Positions 15,308-25,135 of a stretch of DNA of 64,000 nucleotides are shown here, piece after piece. The notes beneath the pieces are model-generated. The model saw only the letters and a list, made by a program, of their open reading frames with translations, made no database searches and was not told the origin of the DNA. The translations under genes were made by a program, and so were the position numbers. Origin of the DNA: a virus; IMG/VR virus record IMGVR_UViG_3300009159_000056, positions 1 to 64,000 of that record. One strand, written 5' to 3'. Every line of letters begins with the position of its first letter. The first letter of the stretch is position 1.

Positions 15308-18228
15308 TATTTGTTACTCTTCAGTTCATCAATTTCTTTTTTAAGCTCTTTGATAGCTTCTATTAACAGAGGTACTAATCTTTCATATCTTACTGTTAAG
15401 TATTTTTCATCGATAGGAGCAGGAGCTACAACTTCTGGCATTATAGCATGAACTTCCTGAGCTGAAACACCTACTTCTGGTATAACTTTATAACCGAGAG
15501 ATTGTGCTAATTCGTTTGCCTCATAATGGAAACCTGAAAGAGATTGTACCTTCGCCAGAGCATTTTCGATATTATTAAATCGTGTTTTAAGTCTATCATC
15601 TGAATAGTAAGCGGTGATATTATTTGTTGCTCTAATTTCACCAGCTGTAGCTGAGGCAGCAGTACCTATACCAATCGAATTAAATTGAGAATTTTGAGTA
15701 GTACTAGTGAATGTTGCTGCACTGCCAGTAGCACTACCTGCACTACCATCGATAGAAACGCCAGTTAAAGATTGCGCTAAACTCGCTCTGTTTAATGCTA
15801 CCGATGTTGTACCAATATAATGTACATCTGCCTTTAAAGCGTAACTAGATAATGAAGCAGTAGTAGCGTAAGTTGATGACGCAGTAGCAGTAGTCAAATA
15901 ACCAGGAACTGTTGGTGTACCAGTAAATGTTGGAGAAGCTAATGGTGCGTAAGTTGATGACGCAGTAGCAGTAGTAACGTAGCCAGGAACTGTTGGTGTA
16001 CCAGTAAATGTTGGAGAAGCTAATGGTGCGTAAGTTGATGACGCAGTAGCAGTAGTAACGTAGCCAGGAACTGTTGGTGTACCAGTAAATGTTGGTGAAG
16101 CTAACGGAGCATAAGACGCTAGTGTAGCACTGCTTACTTTACCGTTAAATGTAGTCCAGTCCGCTGCAGTAAGATAACCAGGTACGGAACCAGTAGCAGC
16201 TGCCATAGTAAGAACAGCAGCGCCAGTGCCTCCTGTAACTGTTATTGGAGTACCAACTGCATTCGTAACAGAAGTAACAGTACCAGAGCCTTTACCGTTA
16301 AAAGTAGTCCAGTCAGTAGCTGTAAGATACCCAGGTACGGAACCAGTAGCAGCTGCCATAGTAAGAACAGCAGCACCTGTACCTCCAGTTACAGTTATTG
16401 GAGTGCCCACAGCATTTGAAACAGAAGTAACAGTACCAGAGCCTTTACCGTTAAAAGTAGTCCAATCAGTACTTGTTAAATATCCATTTACTGAACTAGT
16501 AGCTGCAGCCATAGTAAGAACAGCAGCAGTTGTACCTGTTGTGACAGTTATTGGAGTACCAGTAGCATTCGTAACAGAAGTAACAGTGCCAGAGCCTTTA
16601 GAGTTAAAAGTAGTCCAGTCAGTACTTGTTAAAAATCCATTTGATGTACTATTAGTAGCCGTCATAGTAAGAACAGCAGCAGAAGTTCCACCTGTCACAG
16701 TTATTGGAGTGCTCACAGCATTTGTAACAGAAGTAACAGTGCCAGGAGTAAATCCAAGAGCAGTAGTAATTTGTCCAGATGTTAATGTTGTTACAGTAGC
16801 CGCTTTACCAGTATATGATGTGGAGTTAATTGTTGCAGATACACTACTGTTACCTAAAGTTAAAGTATTAGACACAGTTAGCGTGTTAGAGCTTGCAGAA
16901 AAAGACAAACCAATATTAGAACCAAACGTAGTACCATTATAGTATTGGAGAGCACCAGTACCACCAGAAGTATTAGCATCTTTTTGTGAACCCCAGTAAG
17001 CATTCGCGCCAGCGCCGCCAGAAATAAGCACCTGTGTAGCATCACCAATTCTACCATTAGCTGAAACGCTATTAGCTATAACAACAGGACCATTCAATGT
17101 GGTGGTACCAGTAGCTGCAACTGTTATAGAGTTAGTGAAAGTATATGTTGCATCAACGTTTACTGAAGCGCCCCATGCTACGTTTACACCAGGACCTTGA
17201 GAAAGTAATACTTGTCCAGCTGTGCCAACAGAACCGTTGTTGAGAGTTAAGGTATTGGCAATAGTAACAGCGCCGTTCATAATAACAGGATTAGTATGGG
17301 TATGCGTACCAGAAATAGTAAACGTGCCAGTATTAGTTAAATAGTTTGCAGCAATAGTACCACCAAGATTTAATGAATTGTTTGCTGTATAAGCAATTCC
17401 AGTAAACGAAGTGGAATTTATTGTAGAATTGACTGAACTATTACCAATCGATAGAATAAATCCTGACCCAGCAGCTGTTCCAAGAGTTAATGAGTTAGCT
17501 ACTGATAGTGTATTACTAGCAACAGCGAAAGTAAATCCAGAGTTAGAACCAAGACCAGTGCCATTATAATACTGTATAGCGCCAGTACCACCTGCAGTAT
17601 TAGCGCCAGAGGGAACAGTTCCCCAGAAAACAGCCGAACCGTTTGATGTTAAGATATTAGTTGGATTGCCATAAGTACCATTAGCAGCAACACCAACAAA
17701 CGTAGTAGTATTACCCAATACTATATTAGCGATATACGTATGTATACCAGAAATAGTATAATCGCCAGAATTAGCTACATAGGCAGCGGCGATAGTACCA
17801 CCAAGATATAATGCATTATTGGCAGTGCGATTAAATGATGTTGTATTAATAGTTGCATTAACGCTAGTATTACCGATAAAAATTGTAGTAGAATTTACAC
17901 TAGCATTACTCGTAGTATTACCAATACTTAACTGAGTATTCGTCAATAGAACGTTGGCGTTTACGGCGATGTTGGTTAGGAAGTAAGCGTTACCTGTTAC
18001 GTTTGCAGTACCAGTAATAGTAGTATTACCGCTGATATTAGCAGTACCGGTAAATACGGAATTGCCGATTATCGCAACGTTACCTACTACGTTTGCAGTA
18101 CCAGTAACGGCGAGAGTAGCATCGGGGGATAAATTGTTGATGCCAACTCGGAGGGTAGCTGAATCAGCAATCAAAAGACTTGAGTTAACTACTAAGCCAT
18201 TCTTGACTACGAAATCTTTATCTGCCAT
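15307..18228 (-). CDS. Long tail fibre with C-terminal peptidase S74 (intramolecular chaperone) domain
   Basis: ITAYYSDDRLKT...GVSAQEV..IMPEVV...VRYERLVPLLIEAIKEL is the S74 signature; T/G/S/N-rich repetitive shaft. Confidence 0.85.
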   Translation of the reverse strand: MADKDFVVKNGLVVNSSLLIADSATLRVGINNLSPDATLAVTGTANVVGNVAIIGNSVFTGTANISGNTTITGTANVTGNAYFLTNIAVNANVLLTNTQLSIGNTTSNASVNSTTIFIGNTSVNATINTTSFNRTANNALYLGGTIAAAYVANSGDYTISGIHTYIANIVLGNTTTFVGVAANGTYGNPTNILTSNGSAVFWGTVPSGANTAGGTGAIQYYNGTGLGSNSGFTFAVASNTLSVANSLTLGTAAGSGFILSIGNSSVNSTINSTSFTGIAYTANNSLNLGGTIAANYLTNTGTFTISGTHTHTNPVIMNGAVTIANTLTLNNGSVGTAGQVLLSQGPGVNVAWGASVNVDATYTFTNSITVAATGTTTLNGPVVIANSVSANGRIGDATQVLISGGAGANAYWGSQKDANTSGGTGALQYYNGTTFGSNIGLSFSASSNTLTVSNTLTLGNSSVSATINSTSYTGKAATVTTLTSGQITTALGFTPGTVTSVTNAVSTPITVTGGTSAAVLTMTATNSTSNGFLTSTDWTTFNSKGSGTVTSVTNATGTPITVTTGTTAAVLTMAAATSSVNGYLTSTDWTTFNGKGSGTVTSVSNAVGTPITVTGGTGAAVLTMAAATGSVPGYLTATDWTTFNGKGSGTVTSVTNAVGTPITVTGGTGAAVLTMAAATGSVPGYLTAADWTTFNGKVSSATLASYAPLASPTFTGTPTVPGYVTTATASSTYAPLASPTFTGTPTVPGYVTTATASSTYAPLASPTFTGTPTVPGYLTTATASSTYATTASLSSYALKADVHYIGTTSVALNRASLAQSLTGVSIDGSAGSATGSAATFTSTTQNSQFNSIGIGTAASATAGEIRATNNITAYYSDDRLKTRFNNIENALAKVQSLSGFHYEANELAQSLGYKVIPEVGVSAQEVHAIMPEVVAPAPIDEKYLTVRYERLVPLLIEAIKELKKEIDELKSNK
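15868..16112. repeat. In-frame tandem repeat, 3 x 81 nt (YAPLASPTFTGTPTVPGY(V/L)TTATASST)
   Basis: gtaagttgatgacgcagtagcagtagt recurs at ~15868, 15949 and 16030 with near identity. Confidence 0.95.
16135..16743. repeat. In-frame tandem repeat, 4 x 153 nt (51 aa GTVTSVTNA..TPITVT...DWTTFN.K)
   Basis: acagaagtaacagt recurs at ~16268, 16421, 16574 and 16727. Confidence 0.95.
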
Positions 18229-18258
18229 GGTTCACTATCCCCTTGTTGGTTTTTCTTT

Positions 18259-18266
18259 TATTTATA
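18259..18266 (-). promoter_or_regulatory. Late promoter TATAAATA upstream of the S74 tail fibre
   Basis: tatttata in the intergenic region, ~30 nt upstream of the start. Confidence 0.8.
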
Positions 18267-18282
18267 CAAATTACCTGGTTAA

Positions 18283-19026
18283 TTAATATTCAATAATAAG
18301 AAGACCTACAGTCCCAGCACCTCCTGTTGTTGCTGGAAATGTTGGACCACCACCACCCATAGCGCCACCGCCTCCGCCACCAAACCCTGTTGCTGGAGCG
18401 CCTGGTACGTTTCCATAGGATATACCAGCAGATCCTCCACTTAACCCAAGTGGCGCTCGACCGCCTACAGAAGTAGTAGCTTGGTTGCCAGCCAGGGATA
18501 TACCAACCATACCTCTACCACCAGAAATACTAAGTGTCATAGTTCCAGTCCCAGCAGTACCACCCATAGCTCCTCCAGCGACCGTTTGCCCACCTGATAC
18601 AGGATCTCGCGGACCACCAGATCCTCCAACAGCGATATACGTTAAACTGTTATATGTAACTACAGTATTACCACCAGCGTTACCATTGCTACCTGATACG
18701 CCTGTTCCACCAGCTCCAACTGTGTATGATAAAGAATTTTGACCAGAAACATAACTTATGTATGCTATACCTAACCCACCAGAACCTCCGCCACCTCCCG
18801 CTCGAGGATATCCCGACCCAGCAGTTCCACCACCAGCGCCACCACCACCGAGAACTGTTATTTTAAATCTAGCGCCTACTGTTTGCAAAGCTGCAGGTAA
18901 ATTGAATGTACCCGAAGAAGCTGTTGAAACTGTAAGATAATTACTAAAGCCTGTTCCTACAGCAGCTGTTACAGTTCCATCTATTCTTAAATTACCGTGC
19001 ACTCTAGCGTCTTTTAATGTTGCCAT
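18283..19026 (-). CDS. Glycine-rich putative adhesin (paralog 3)
   Basis: FKITVLGGGGAGG...GGAGTVGLLIIEY; glycine-rich domain similar to T-even gp38-like/polyglycine adhesins. Confidence 0.6.
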   Translation of the reverse strand: MATLKDARVHGNLRIDGTVTAAVGTGFSNYLTVSTASSGTFNLPAALQTVGARFKITVLGGGGAGGGTAGSGYPRAGGGGGSGGLGIAYISYVSGQNSLSYTVGAGGTGVSGSNGNAGGNTVVTYNSLTYIAVGGSGGPRDPVSGGQTVAGGAMGGTAGTGTMTLSISGGRGMVGISLAGNQATTSVGGRAPLGLSGGSAGISYGNVPGAPATGFGGGGGGAMGGGGPTFPATTGGAGTVGLLIIEY

Positions 19027-19041
19027 TTTACCATCTCCCTC

Positions 19042-19815
19042 TCAATATTCAATAATTATAAGACCATCACCACCAGCCCCACCAGCTCCATTGGTAGCGC
19101 CTCCACCACCAGCGCCATAACCAGTTGCTGCAGAACCTGCTGCACTAGCAGTGGTATTTGGACCGCCTTGCCCTAATCCAAGGGGCGCATGAGCACCACA
19201 AGCGTCATTGCTATAATTAGTAGCTTGAACTCCTCCTCCACCACCATTACCGCCAGGAATTGCAAGATATCTCGCTTGATAACGAAAAACAGTACCTGAA
19301 GGAACGTTGGTGCCACCACCTGCTCCACCAACGATGCTTGTTGAAACATTAGTTGAAAGCCCTCCGCCAGTTCCACCATTACCAATGTAATCAGCCGTAC
19401 TTCCGTAAGAACCGTTCCAATACCACAAAGATGTATTGGAACCATTTTGACCAGCAGTGGTTAATGTGCCCGTGGTACCTCCGACGCCAACAATATACTG
19501 TAATTGGTAGCATCCTTGTAAAACATGAAACCAAACCATTAAAAGACCACCAGCGCCACCACCTGCTCCTGTTGCAACTCGTCCGGCGACGTTGCAACCA
19601 CCACCTTGACCACCAGCGCCTAATATGGTTACTTTAAATTTAGCATCAGGGACTCGAAGTGCTAACGGGAATTCCCATACTCTCGTTGCCGATATACCAC
19701 CATTAGTGAGTACCACCATATTACTAAAACCACTATTTGCTTTTGCAGTTATAGCAGAATTAGCATTTCCAATGGCATTCCCGAAAATTCTTGTTTGTAA
19801 TAATTCAGTTGGCAT
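19042..19815 (-). CDS. Glycine-rich putative adhesin (paralog 2)
   Basis: WEFPLALRVPDAKFKVTILGAGGQGG...GGDGLIIIEY. Confidence 0.6.
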   Translation of the reverse strand: MPTELLQTRIFGNAIGNANSAITAKANSGFSNMVVLTNGGISATRVWEFPLALRVPDAKFKVTILGAGGQGGGCNVAGRVATGAGGGAGGLLMVWFHVLQGCYQLQYIVGVGGTTGTLTTAGQNGSNTSLWYWNGSYGSTADYIGNGGTGGGLSTNVSTSIVGGAGGGTNVPSGTVFRYQARYLAIPGGNGGGGGVQATNYSNDACGAHAPLGLGQGGPNTTASAAGSAATGYGAGGGGATNGAGGAGGDGLIIIEY

Positions 19816-19824
19816 TAGATACTC

Positions 19825-20544
19825 CTACCATTCAATTAATATTAGACCGCCAGCCCCATTCCCACCCACATTGGCGACGGCGGAGGAGGCATTAGAACCT
19901 CCAGATCCTCCCGAACCAAATCCTCTACCAGCAACCCCAACATGAGAAGCTGCTCCAGACCCATCTCTACCAGCTGTTCCCCAACCCATAGGAGTATCGC
20001 CTCCAAAACATGATGGTAGATTTGGCCCTGCTGTAGCAAAACTACCACCAGAAGCACCTTGATTGCCAGCAAATCCTAAAAAATATAAAGTTTGTGCTCC
20101 TCCTGGACTAGTAGGTAAGGTGCCGGGATTGGCGCCTGTTGGGCCACCTGCAACTGTGTATGTTAATGCATTATATACGATAGATGATGCAGTGCCGGCA
20201 CTGCCCAAACCGCCGGCACCAACTCCACCAGATCCAACAGTATATGTTAAACTATAAACATTTTCAATTACTGATATAATAGCTATAGCAACTGAACCAG
20301 ACGTGCCGCCATTACCTTTATATCCAGCAAGAGCTGGGCTTGACGCCCCGGATGACCCACCACCTACCATTGTTGCTTTAAATTTAGCGCCAGGAACTTG
20401 CAATTCCGCTGGAAAATACCAAGTACCTGTCGCGGCAGCAACTTGCAGCGGCCATGCAGTAGTAGCAAACCCACCACCAAGAATAGGTAACAAAGTACCA
20501 TAAACTGTCATACTGTCAAAAGTTGAAGCAACTAATTTTGCCAT
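19825..20544 (-). CDS. Glycine-rich putative adhesin (paralog 1)
   Basis: WYFPAELQVPGAKFKATMVGGGSSG...GAGGLILIEW. Confidence 0.6.
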   Translation of the reverse strand: MAKLVASTFDSMTVYGTLLPILGGGFATTAWPLQVAAATGTWYFPAELQVPGAKFKATMVGGGSSGASSPALAGYKGNGGTSGSVAIAIISVIENVYSLTYTVGSGGVGAGGLGSAGTASSIVYNALTYTVAGGPTGANPGTLPTSPGGAQTLYFLGFAGNQGASGGSFATAGPNLPSCFGGDTPMGWGTAGRDGSGAASHVGVAGRGFGSGGSGGSNASSAVANVGGNGAGGLILIEW

Positions 20545-20560
20545 AATTTACTCCTTATAA

Positions 20561-23500
20561 TTAAAATGGTACTACAGTACTAGAAATAGCAGATGGCGGG
20601 AAAGGATCTAAAATATCTAATAAGTTTGTAGAAGGATACGATCGAGCGCCTGCACCTGTTGCTGGCCAAACTAATCTCACCACTCCAAAACCACCATTTC
20701 CTGCACTCGAGGGGGTATTAACATAACCTGGATATCCTACTTGTACATTATATACCGTTGATGGTGTTACGTTATAAGTAATTTTATATCCTAATCCACC
20801 ACCACCACCACCACCATTGGTAACGCCCCCACCGCCTCCACCGCCATATCCACCACCTCGAGTAGAAGTATTAGATCCAAGAAGAATAGGAGCGTCTAAA
20901 CCACCACCAGCTCCCATATATGGATAACCAACGTTAGAGTATGAACCACCACCTCCTGGCGAGATAAGTGATCCGCTCGAACCAACAGTTACTCGAGCGC
21001 CTGCAGTACCGTTAGATCCGGTTCCATAAATACCAACGCCTCCACCACCAGCAGAATTATAAGCTGGCGCGACGCTAGAGCCACCACCGCCTCCAGCTCC
21101 ACCAGCTCCTGCAGTTGCTGCAGTTCCAAGATAACTTTGACCAGTACCACCATTAGCTGAATAACCACCAGCTCCTCCTCCACCAGGAGATTGTGAAGCA
21201 GCTGCTACACCTCCACGACCTCCACCATCACCTACAAAAGTACCACCGCCTCCTGCAGCCAAATTTTGATCAGAATTACCACCACCGCCATTAACGACTG
21301 TGTTATTATCAAACCAACTATCACCACCAGCTGGTCTACTTTGACCACCACAACCACCGCCGCCAATACAAAGGATGCTTACGTTACTAACATCGGCTGG
21401 ACACGTCCAAGTGAACGTAGTATAACTATTGCCATATGGATAAACATTTGAACCAAGGTTAACAGTACCAGTGCCTGAAGCACCACGACCATAAGATCTA
21501 CCATCAGAAAAAAATATTGCAGCATTTTGACCACTAGGTGTAGTACTGAGCATTTGATATTCGTTTGGCGAACTATCGCAAATAGTAGCGGCATGACAAG
21601 TTAATAACACTGTAGTTGGCGAACTTGAAAGCGTTGATGTTGGAGGAGTAAATCCAGTAGTACTGTATATTAACCCTCCCGAAATACGAAGATTTGAAAT
21701 ATATCCATCAAAATGATTAGTAGTTCCAAGACCATCACCAAGATCTGCTGCAGCGCCAATAAACACAGCTCCTGGATTTCTTACGCCATAGTAAGTACTG
21801 TCTGTAGCAGTAGCACCAGAAGCTAATACACCATTAATGAATAGATAAGAATTAGTATCAGCTGATGACGTAATATACCTTCTCATATAACACAAATGAT
21901 ACCATGTGTTAATTGATAATGCATTAGTAGAAGTAAGTGATAGAATATTCGAAGAATTCCATACAACTTTATTATCAGAACCGATATACAATGATGGTGG
22001 AGAAAGTCTATCTAAAATACCTGACCAAGATAGACCATTCGCTGCTGGAGCCATTGGATTTTTAAAATCTAAAATATATTGAGTAATACCTGTTGTGTTT
22101 AATCTTACCCAACACTCAACAGTAAAATTATACAATATATCATTATTATCAGAAAACAATACCTGTTCAATTGTTGACTGGCCTGGATATTGGCCATAAC
22201 CTTGGTCTAAACTAGTAGGAGCAGTATTACAAATACCATTAGCGGCGCGAAGACTTTTTGGATTATAGAATAAAAATCTACCTGTGCTTTTGGTAAACAA
22301 TAAGCTATGCGCAGGGCCACCATAAGTTTTATCATTAAAACTTCCAGTAACACTTAAATTACCATTACTTGTTACTTTAACATAATTACCTGTATTGAAA
22401 GGTGGATGCGTAGTATTTGCTGTTGCTCTTGAGGTTAGAGCAGTTGCTGATTGATCTGGACCAGTAAAAGAAAGTTTAGAATTAATGGCAGAATCTTCAA
22501 AAGCCACCAATGTATTAGCGGCATTATAGTTAGTATTTAATAACATTATAGTACCATACACATTCTCAGGTGGAGCATTTGGAGTTGTATATGATGCAGC
22601 TGAATAAAGCGTGCGACCCCTAACATATCTAAGATTTGAAATATTGCCAGTAAATGAATTCGTAATAGCGCTCGTAGCAGTTCTACCACCAATCATAAAA
22701 TATCGAGCATTGGAAGCTTCCAACGTGCCAGAACCAGTCAAAGTACCAGTAGTAATTTTAGCTCCATTAATGAAAAGATCAATGGTAGTTCCGTTTCTAG
22801 AAACTACCATATGATACCACGTATTGATACTAAATGCAAAGTTAGCAGCAAAAGTTTGTTCAACTGTACTAATAACTGCAGTAAATGCTATTTGAAGAGT
22901 ACCTGCCACATTTTGGATATACCAATAAAATGGTCCTCTAGTGGCACTTACTAACGTTTCAGCCGTATCATAAAACGCTGAAACGATACCAGCCGTAACG
23001 CCACCCGTTGGCAAAACTGTTGGATATATCCAACATTCTAATGAAAAATTATCATTTTTTGGTCGTAGTATAGGTATGTTGTTTAAACAAACACGAAAAA
23101 TAGTTGTACCACTAAAATATAAACTACCTTGATATGATGAATTAAGATCAACTTCATTTAATGATTCAACACGTAATTTACCATTAGCATATCGTTTTTT
23201 AGCAGCGTATGGTGTAGGTTGTGGAGAAAATGGAACAACGGTATTGCTACTGACTACAGCGCCAACAGCTGTTAGTGTACCACCAACCTTATCAAAACTA
23301 ACGTTAGCAGAAGCTGCTACTAAATATTGTGTATTCGAACTAATTACACCTAATTCTCTTCTTGGAACAACAAAACATCTTTTAGAATTAGAATGGGTTA
23401 CTGCTGTTGGTTGAGCGTTAGAAACATGCCTAGATGTATATAATGCCATACCATGAAGGTGTCTTAAATTAGAAAGATATCCAACAAATCCAGCACTGAA

Positions 23501-24019
23501 CGCTGCAACTTGACCAACTATTGGTCTACTAGCTGTAGCTGTGTAAGTAAGGGCGTCCGCATTCGAATTTTCTAAATACCCATTTAAATATAATTTTAAA
23601 TTGTGTTGAGTTTCAGTCACATTGTTTGCCAGCTGATCTCTCACGAGAGCAAAATGATACCAATTATTTTGTTGAATGATAGAGGGACCTATCATTACCT
23701 GTGTACCATTAAGAACAACTCTAAGTTGTGTATTACCTGCTACACCAACCGTATTTAACTGTATAGTTGGTGCTGCGCCAGTATAATCTAGTATAGTTTG
23801 ACCAGCAATAGTGGTAGTATTTGTAGTATAAAACCAACCTTCAATAGTGTATGGTAAAGTGCCAATCGCAGTTAGTGAGCCGACGATTGTCGAATACACA
23901 CCTGCTGCTCCTGTATACTGCAAACTATATGTGTTCGATATTCCAGTGTATTCGTCAAGCGAACCGAATTTGTTATCAACATAATAAGTACCAGTATTAC
24001 TAATCTTATATAAAGCCAT
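20561..24019 (-). CDS. Multi-domain adhesin: three LamG/ConA-like lectin domains plus a glycine-rich domain
   Basis: Three (T/S)(I/L/V)E.W...WYH...R...L(Y/F).NG...G.(L/I)SNLR units, then WTCPADVSNVSILCIGGGG...GVVRLVW. Confidence 0.8.
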   Translation of the reverse strand: MALYKISNTGTYYVDNKFGSLDEYTGISNTYSLQYTGAAGVYSTIVGSLTAIGTLPYTIEGWFYTTNTTTIAGQTILDYTGAAPTIQLNTVGVAGNTQLRVVLNGTQVMIGPSIIQQNNWYHFALVRDQLANNVTETQHNLKLYLNGYLENSNADALTYTATASRPIVGQVAAFSAGFVGYLSNLRHLHGMALYTSRHVSNAQPTAVTHSNSKRCFVVPRRELGVISSNTQYLVAASANVSFDKVGGTLTAVGAVVSSNTVVPFSPQPTPYAAKKRYANGKLRVESLNEVDLNSSYQGSLYFSGTTIFRVCLNNIPILRPKNDNFSLECWIYPTVLPTGGVTAGIVSAFYDTAETLVSATRGPFYWYIQNVAGTLQIAFTAVISTVEQTFAANFAFSINTWYHMVVSRNGTTIDLFINGAKITTGTLTGSGTLEASNARYFMIGGRTATSAITNSFTGNISNLRYVRGRTLYSAASYTTPNAPPENVYGTIMLLNTNYNAANTLVAFEDSAINSKLSFTGPDQSATALTSRATANTTHPPFNTGNYVKVTSNGNLSVTGSFNDKTYGGPAHSLLFTKSTGRFLFYNPKSLRAANGICNTAPTSLDQGYGQYPGQSTIEQVLFSDNNDILYNFTVECWVRLNTTGITQYILDFKNPMAPAANGLSWSGILDRLSPPSLYIGSDNKVVWNSSNILSLTSTNALSINTWYHLCYMRRYITSSADTNSYLFINGVLASGATATDSTYYGVRNPGAVFIGAAADLGDGLGTTNHFDGYISNLRISGGLIYSTTGFTPPTSTLSSSPTTVLLTCHAATICDSSPNEYQMLSTTPSGQNAAIFFSDGRSYGRGASGTGTVNLGSNVYPYGNSYTTFTWTCPADVSNVSILCIGGGGCGGQSRPAGGDSWFDNNTVVNGGGGNSDQNLAAGGGGTFVGDGGGRGGVAAASQSPGGGGAGGYSANGGTGQSYLGTAATAGAGGAGGGGGSSVAPAYNSAGGGGVGIYGTGSNGTAGARVTVGSSGSLISPGGGGSYSNVGYPYMGAGGGLDAPILLGSNTSTRGGGYGGGGGGGVTNGGGGGGGLGYKITYNVTPSTVYNVQVGYPGYVNTPSSAGNGGFGVVRLVWPATGAGARSYPSTNLLDILDPFPPSAISSTVVPF

Positions 24020-25104
24020 TATATGAACACCAAATCTACACTGCTGGTTGAAGTATTATAATATGTATATGATGTGTTAGCACCGCTCGAATTAGTAGTT
24101 ACCAAATTACTATAAACTACAGCGTTAGCAACTACGTTACCTGTAAACGTGATAGTATTAGAAAACGATTGAGTATTAGTCCAAGCAATTTGATCAGTGG
24201 CAGCAATACCACCACCACCACCACCAGAAGCAGCTGCCCAGTAAACGTTAGCGCCAGCGCCGCCAGAAGTAAGAACATGAGTAGCAGTGCCAACAGAACC
24301 ATTAGCAGAAATTGTATTCGTGCTGAGAATTGCACCGTTAAACGTGATAGTATTAGAAAACGATTGAGTATTAGTCCAAGCAATTTGGTTAGTTGCTGCA
24401 AGACCACCACCACCTGAAACTGTTGACCAATAAACGTTACCATTACCATCAGAAGTTAAATTTTGTCCTGCAGTTCCCCAAACACCGTTTGCTTGAATAC
24501 CAGAGCCGTTGGTGAAAATTAAATCTCCAAGAGCATCAATAACTATCTGAGCTTTAGCATACATATTTGTCGTAAAATATGTGTTAGTTGCATTAAAATT
24601 TAAATTACCGCCGATGGTAAAATTGCCACTAGTATTGACAGCGTAAGAAGGTAACGTAGACCAATAAGGAGCGCCAGTTACACCATTAGAAGTCAATATA
24701 TATCCAGAAGTTCCTACGCTACCATTAGCTGATAGTGGTATGTTTGGTATTGTTATTTGTGTAGAATTTGCGATAAACGACGACCCAATAGTATAAGAAG
24801 CAGCGTTTATTGTACCTGTGTGATAAGCACCAGTCGTGTTAGCTATAAATGATGCACCGACTGTGTAAGAAGCAGCATTAACAGTGCCTGTGTATACACC
24901 CGTAGTATTTGCAGTAGTAACAGCATTAATGCTTAACGAAGATGAGTTCATATAAGCATTAATTGTGTTATTACCAATAAACAAAGTAGTTACGTTCGCG
25001 AGAATACCACCAGTACCAGTAGTATTATTACTCGTACCTACATAAACAGAGGTATCGACATTCGCTGTACCATAAATTCTAGTTCCACTTTGAAGTTTTG
25101 CCAT
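24019..25104 (-). CDS. Tail-fibre-like protein
   Basis: Repeated ANG..GT.G..LTS.G...YW knobs; T/N/S/G-rich; coupled to the LamG adhesin. Confidence 0.65.
   Translation of the reverse strand: MAKLQSGTRIYGTANVDTSVYVGTSNNTTGTGGILANVTTLFIGNNTINAYMNSSSLSINAVTTANTTGVYTGTVNAASYTVGASFIANTTGAYHTGTINAASYTIGSSFIANSTQITIPNIPLSANGSVGTSGYILTSNGVTGAPYWSTLPSYAVNTSGNFTIGGNLNFNATNTYFTTNMYAKAQIVIDALGDLIFTNGSGIQANGVWGTAGQNLTSDGNGNVYWSTVSGGGGLAATNQIAWTNTQSFSNTITFNGAILSTNTISANGSVGTATHVLTSGGAGANVYWAAASGGGGGGIAATDQIAWTNTQSFSNTITFTGNVVANAVVYSNLVTTNSSGANTSYTYYNTSTSSVDLVFI
24145..24387. repeat. Internal direct repeat of ~48 nt, two exact copies (QIAWTNTQSFSNTITF)
   Basis: aaacgtgatagtattagaaaacgattgagtattagtccaagcaatttg occurs at ~24145 and ~24340. 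Confidence 0.9.
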
Positions 25105-25135
25105 TTGTCTACCTATTTTTTAACTATTTATTAGT

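Noticed and set aside
15868-16743. Regularly spaced repeats as a possible CRISPR array
   Set aside because: Units are multiples of 3, in frame within a fibre gene, with no unique spacers and no cas genes.
16226-16942. 238-aa plus-strand ORF (likewise 31332-31973 and the many short antisense ORFs in the track)
   Set aside because: Antisense shadows of repetitive Thr/Gly/Asn-rich fibre genes; no SD or promoter context, and the minus-strand genes are clearly the real ones.
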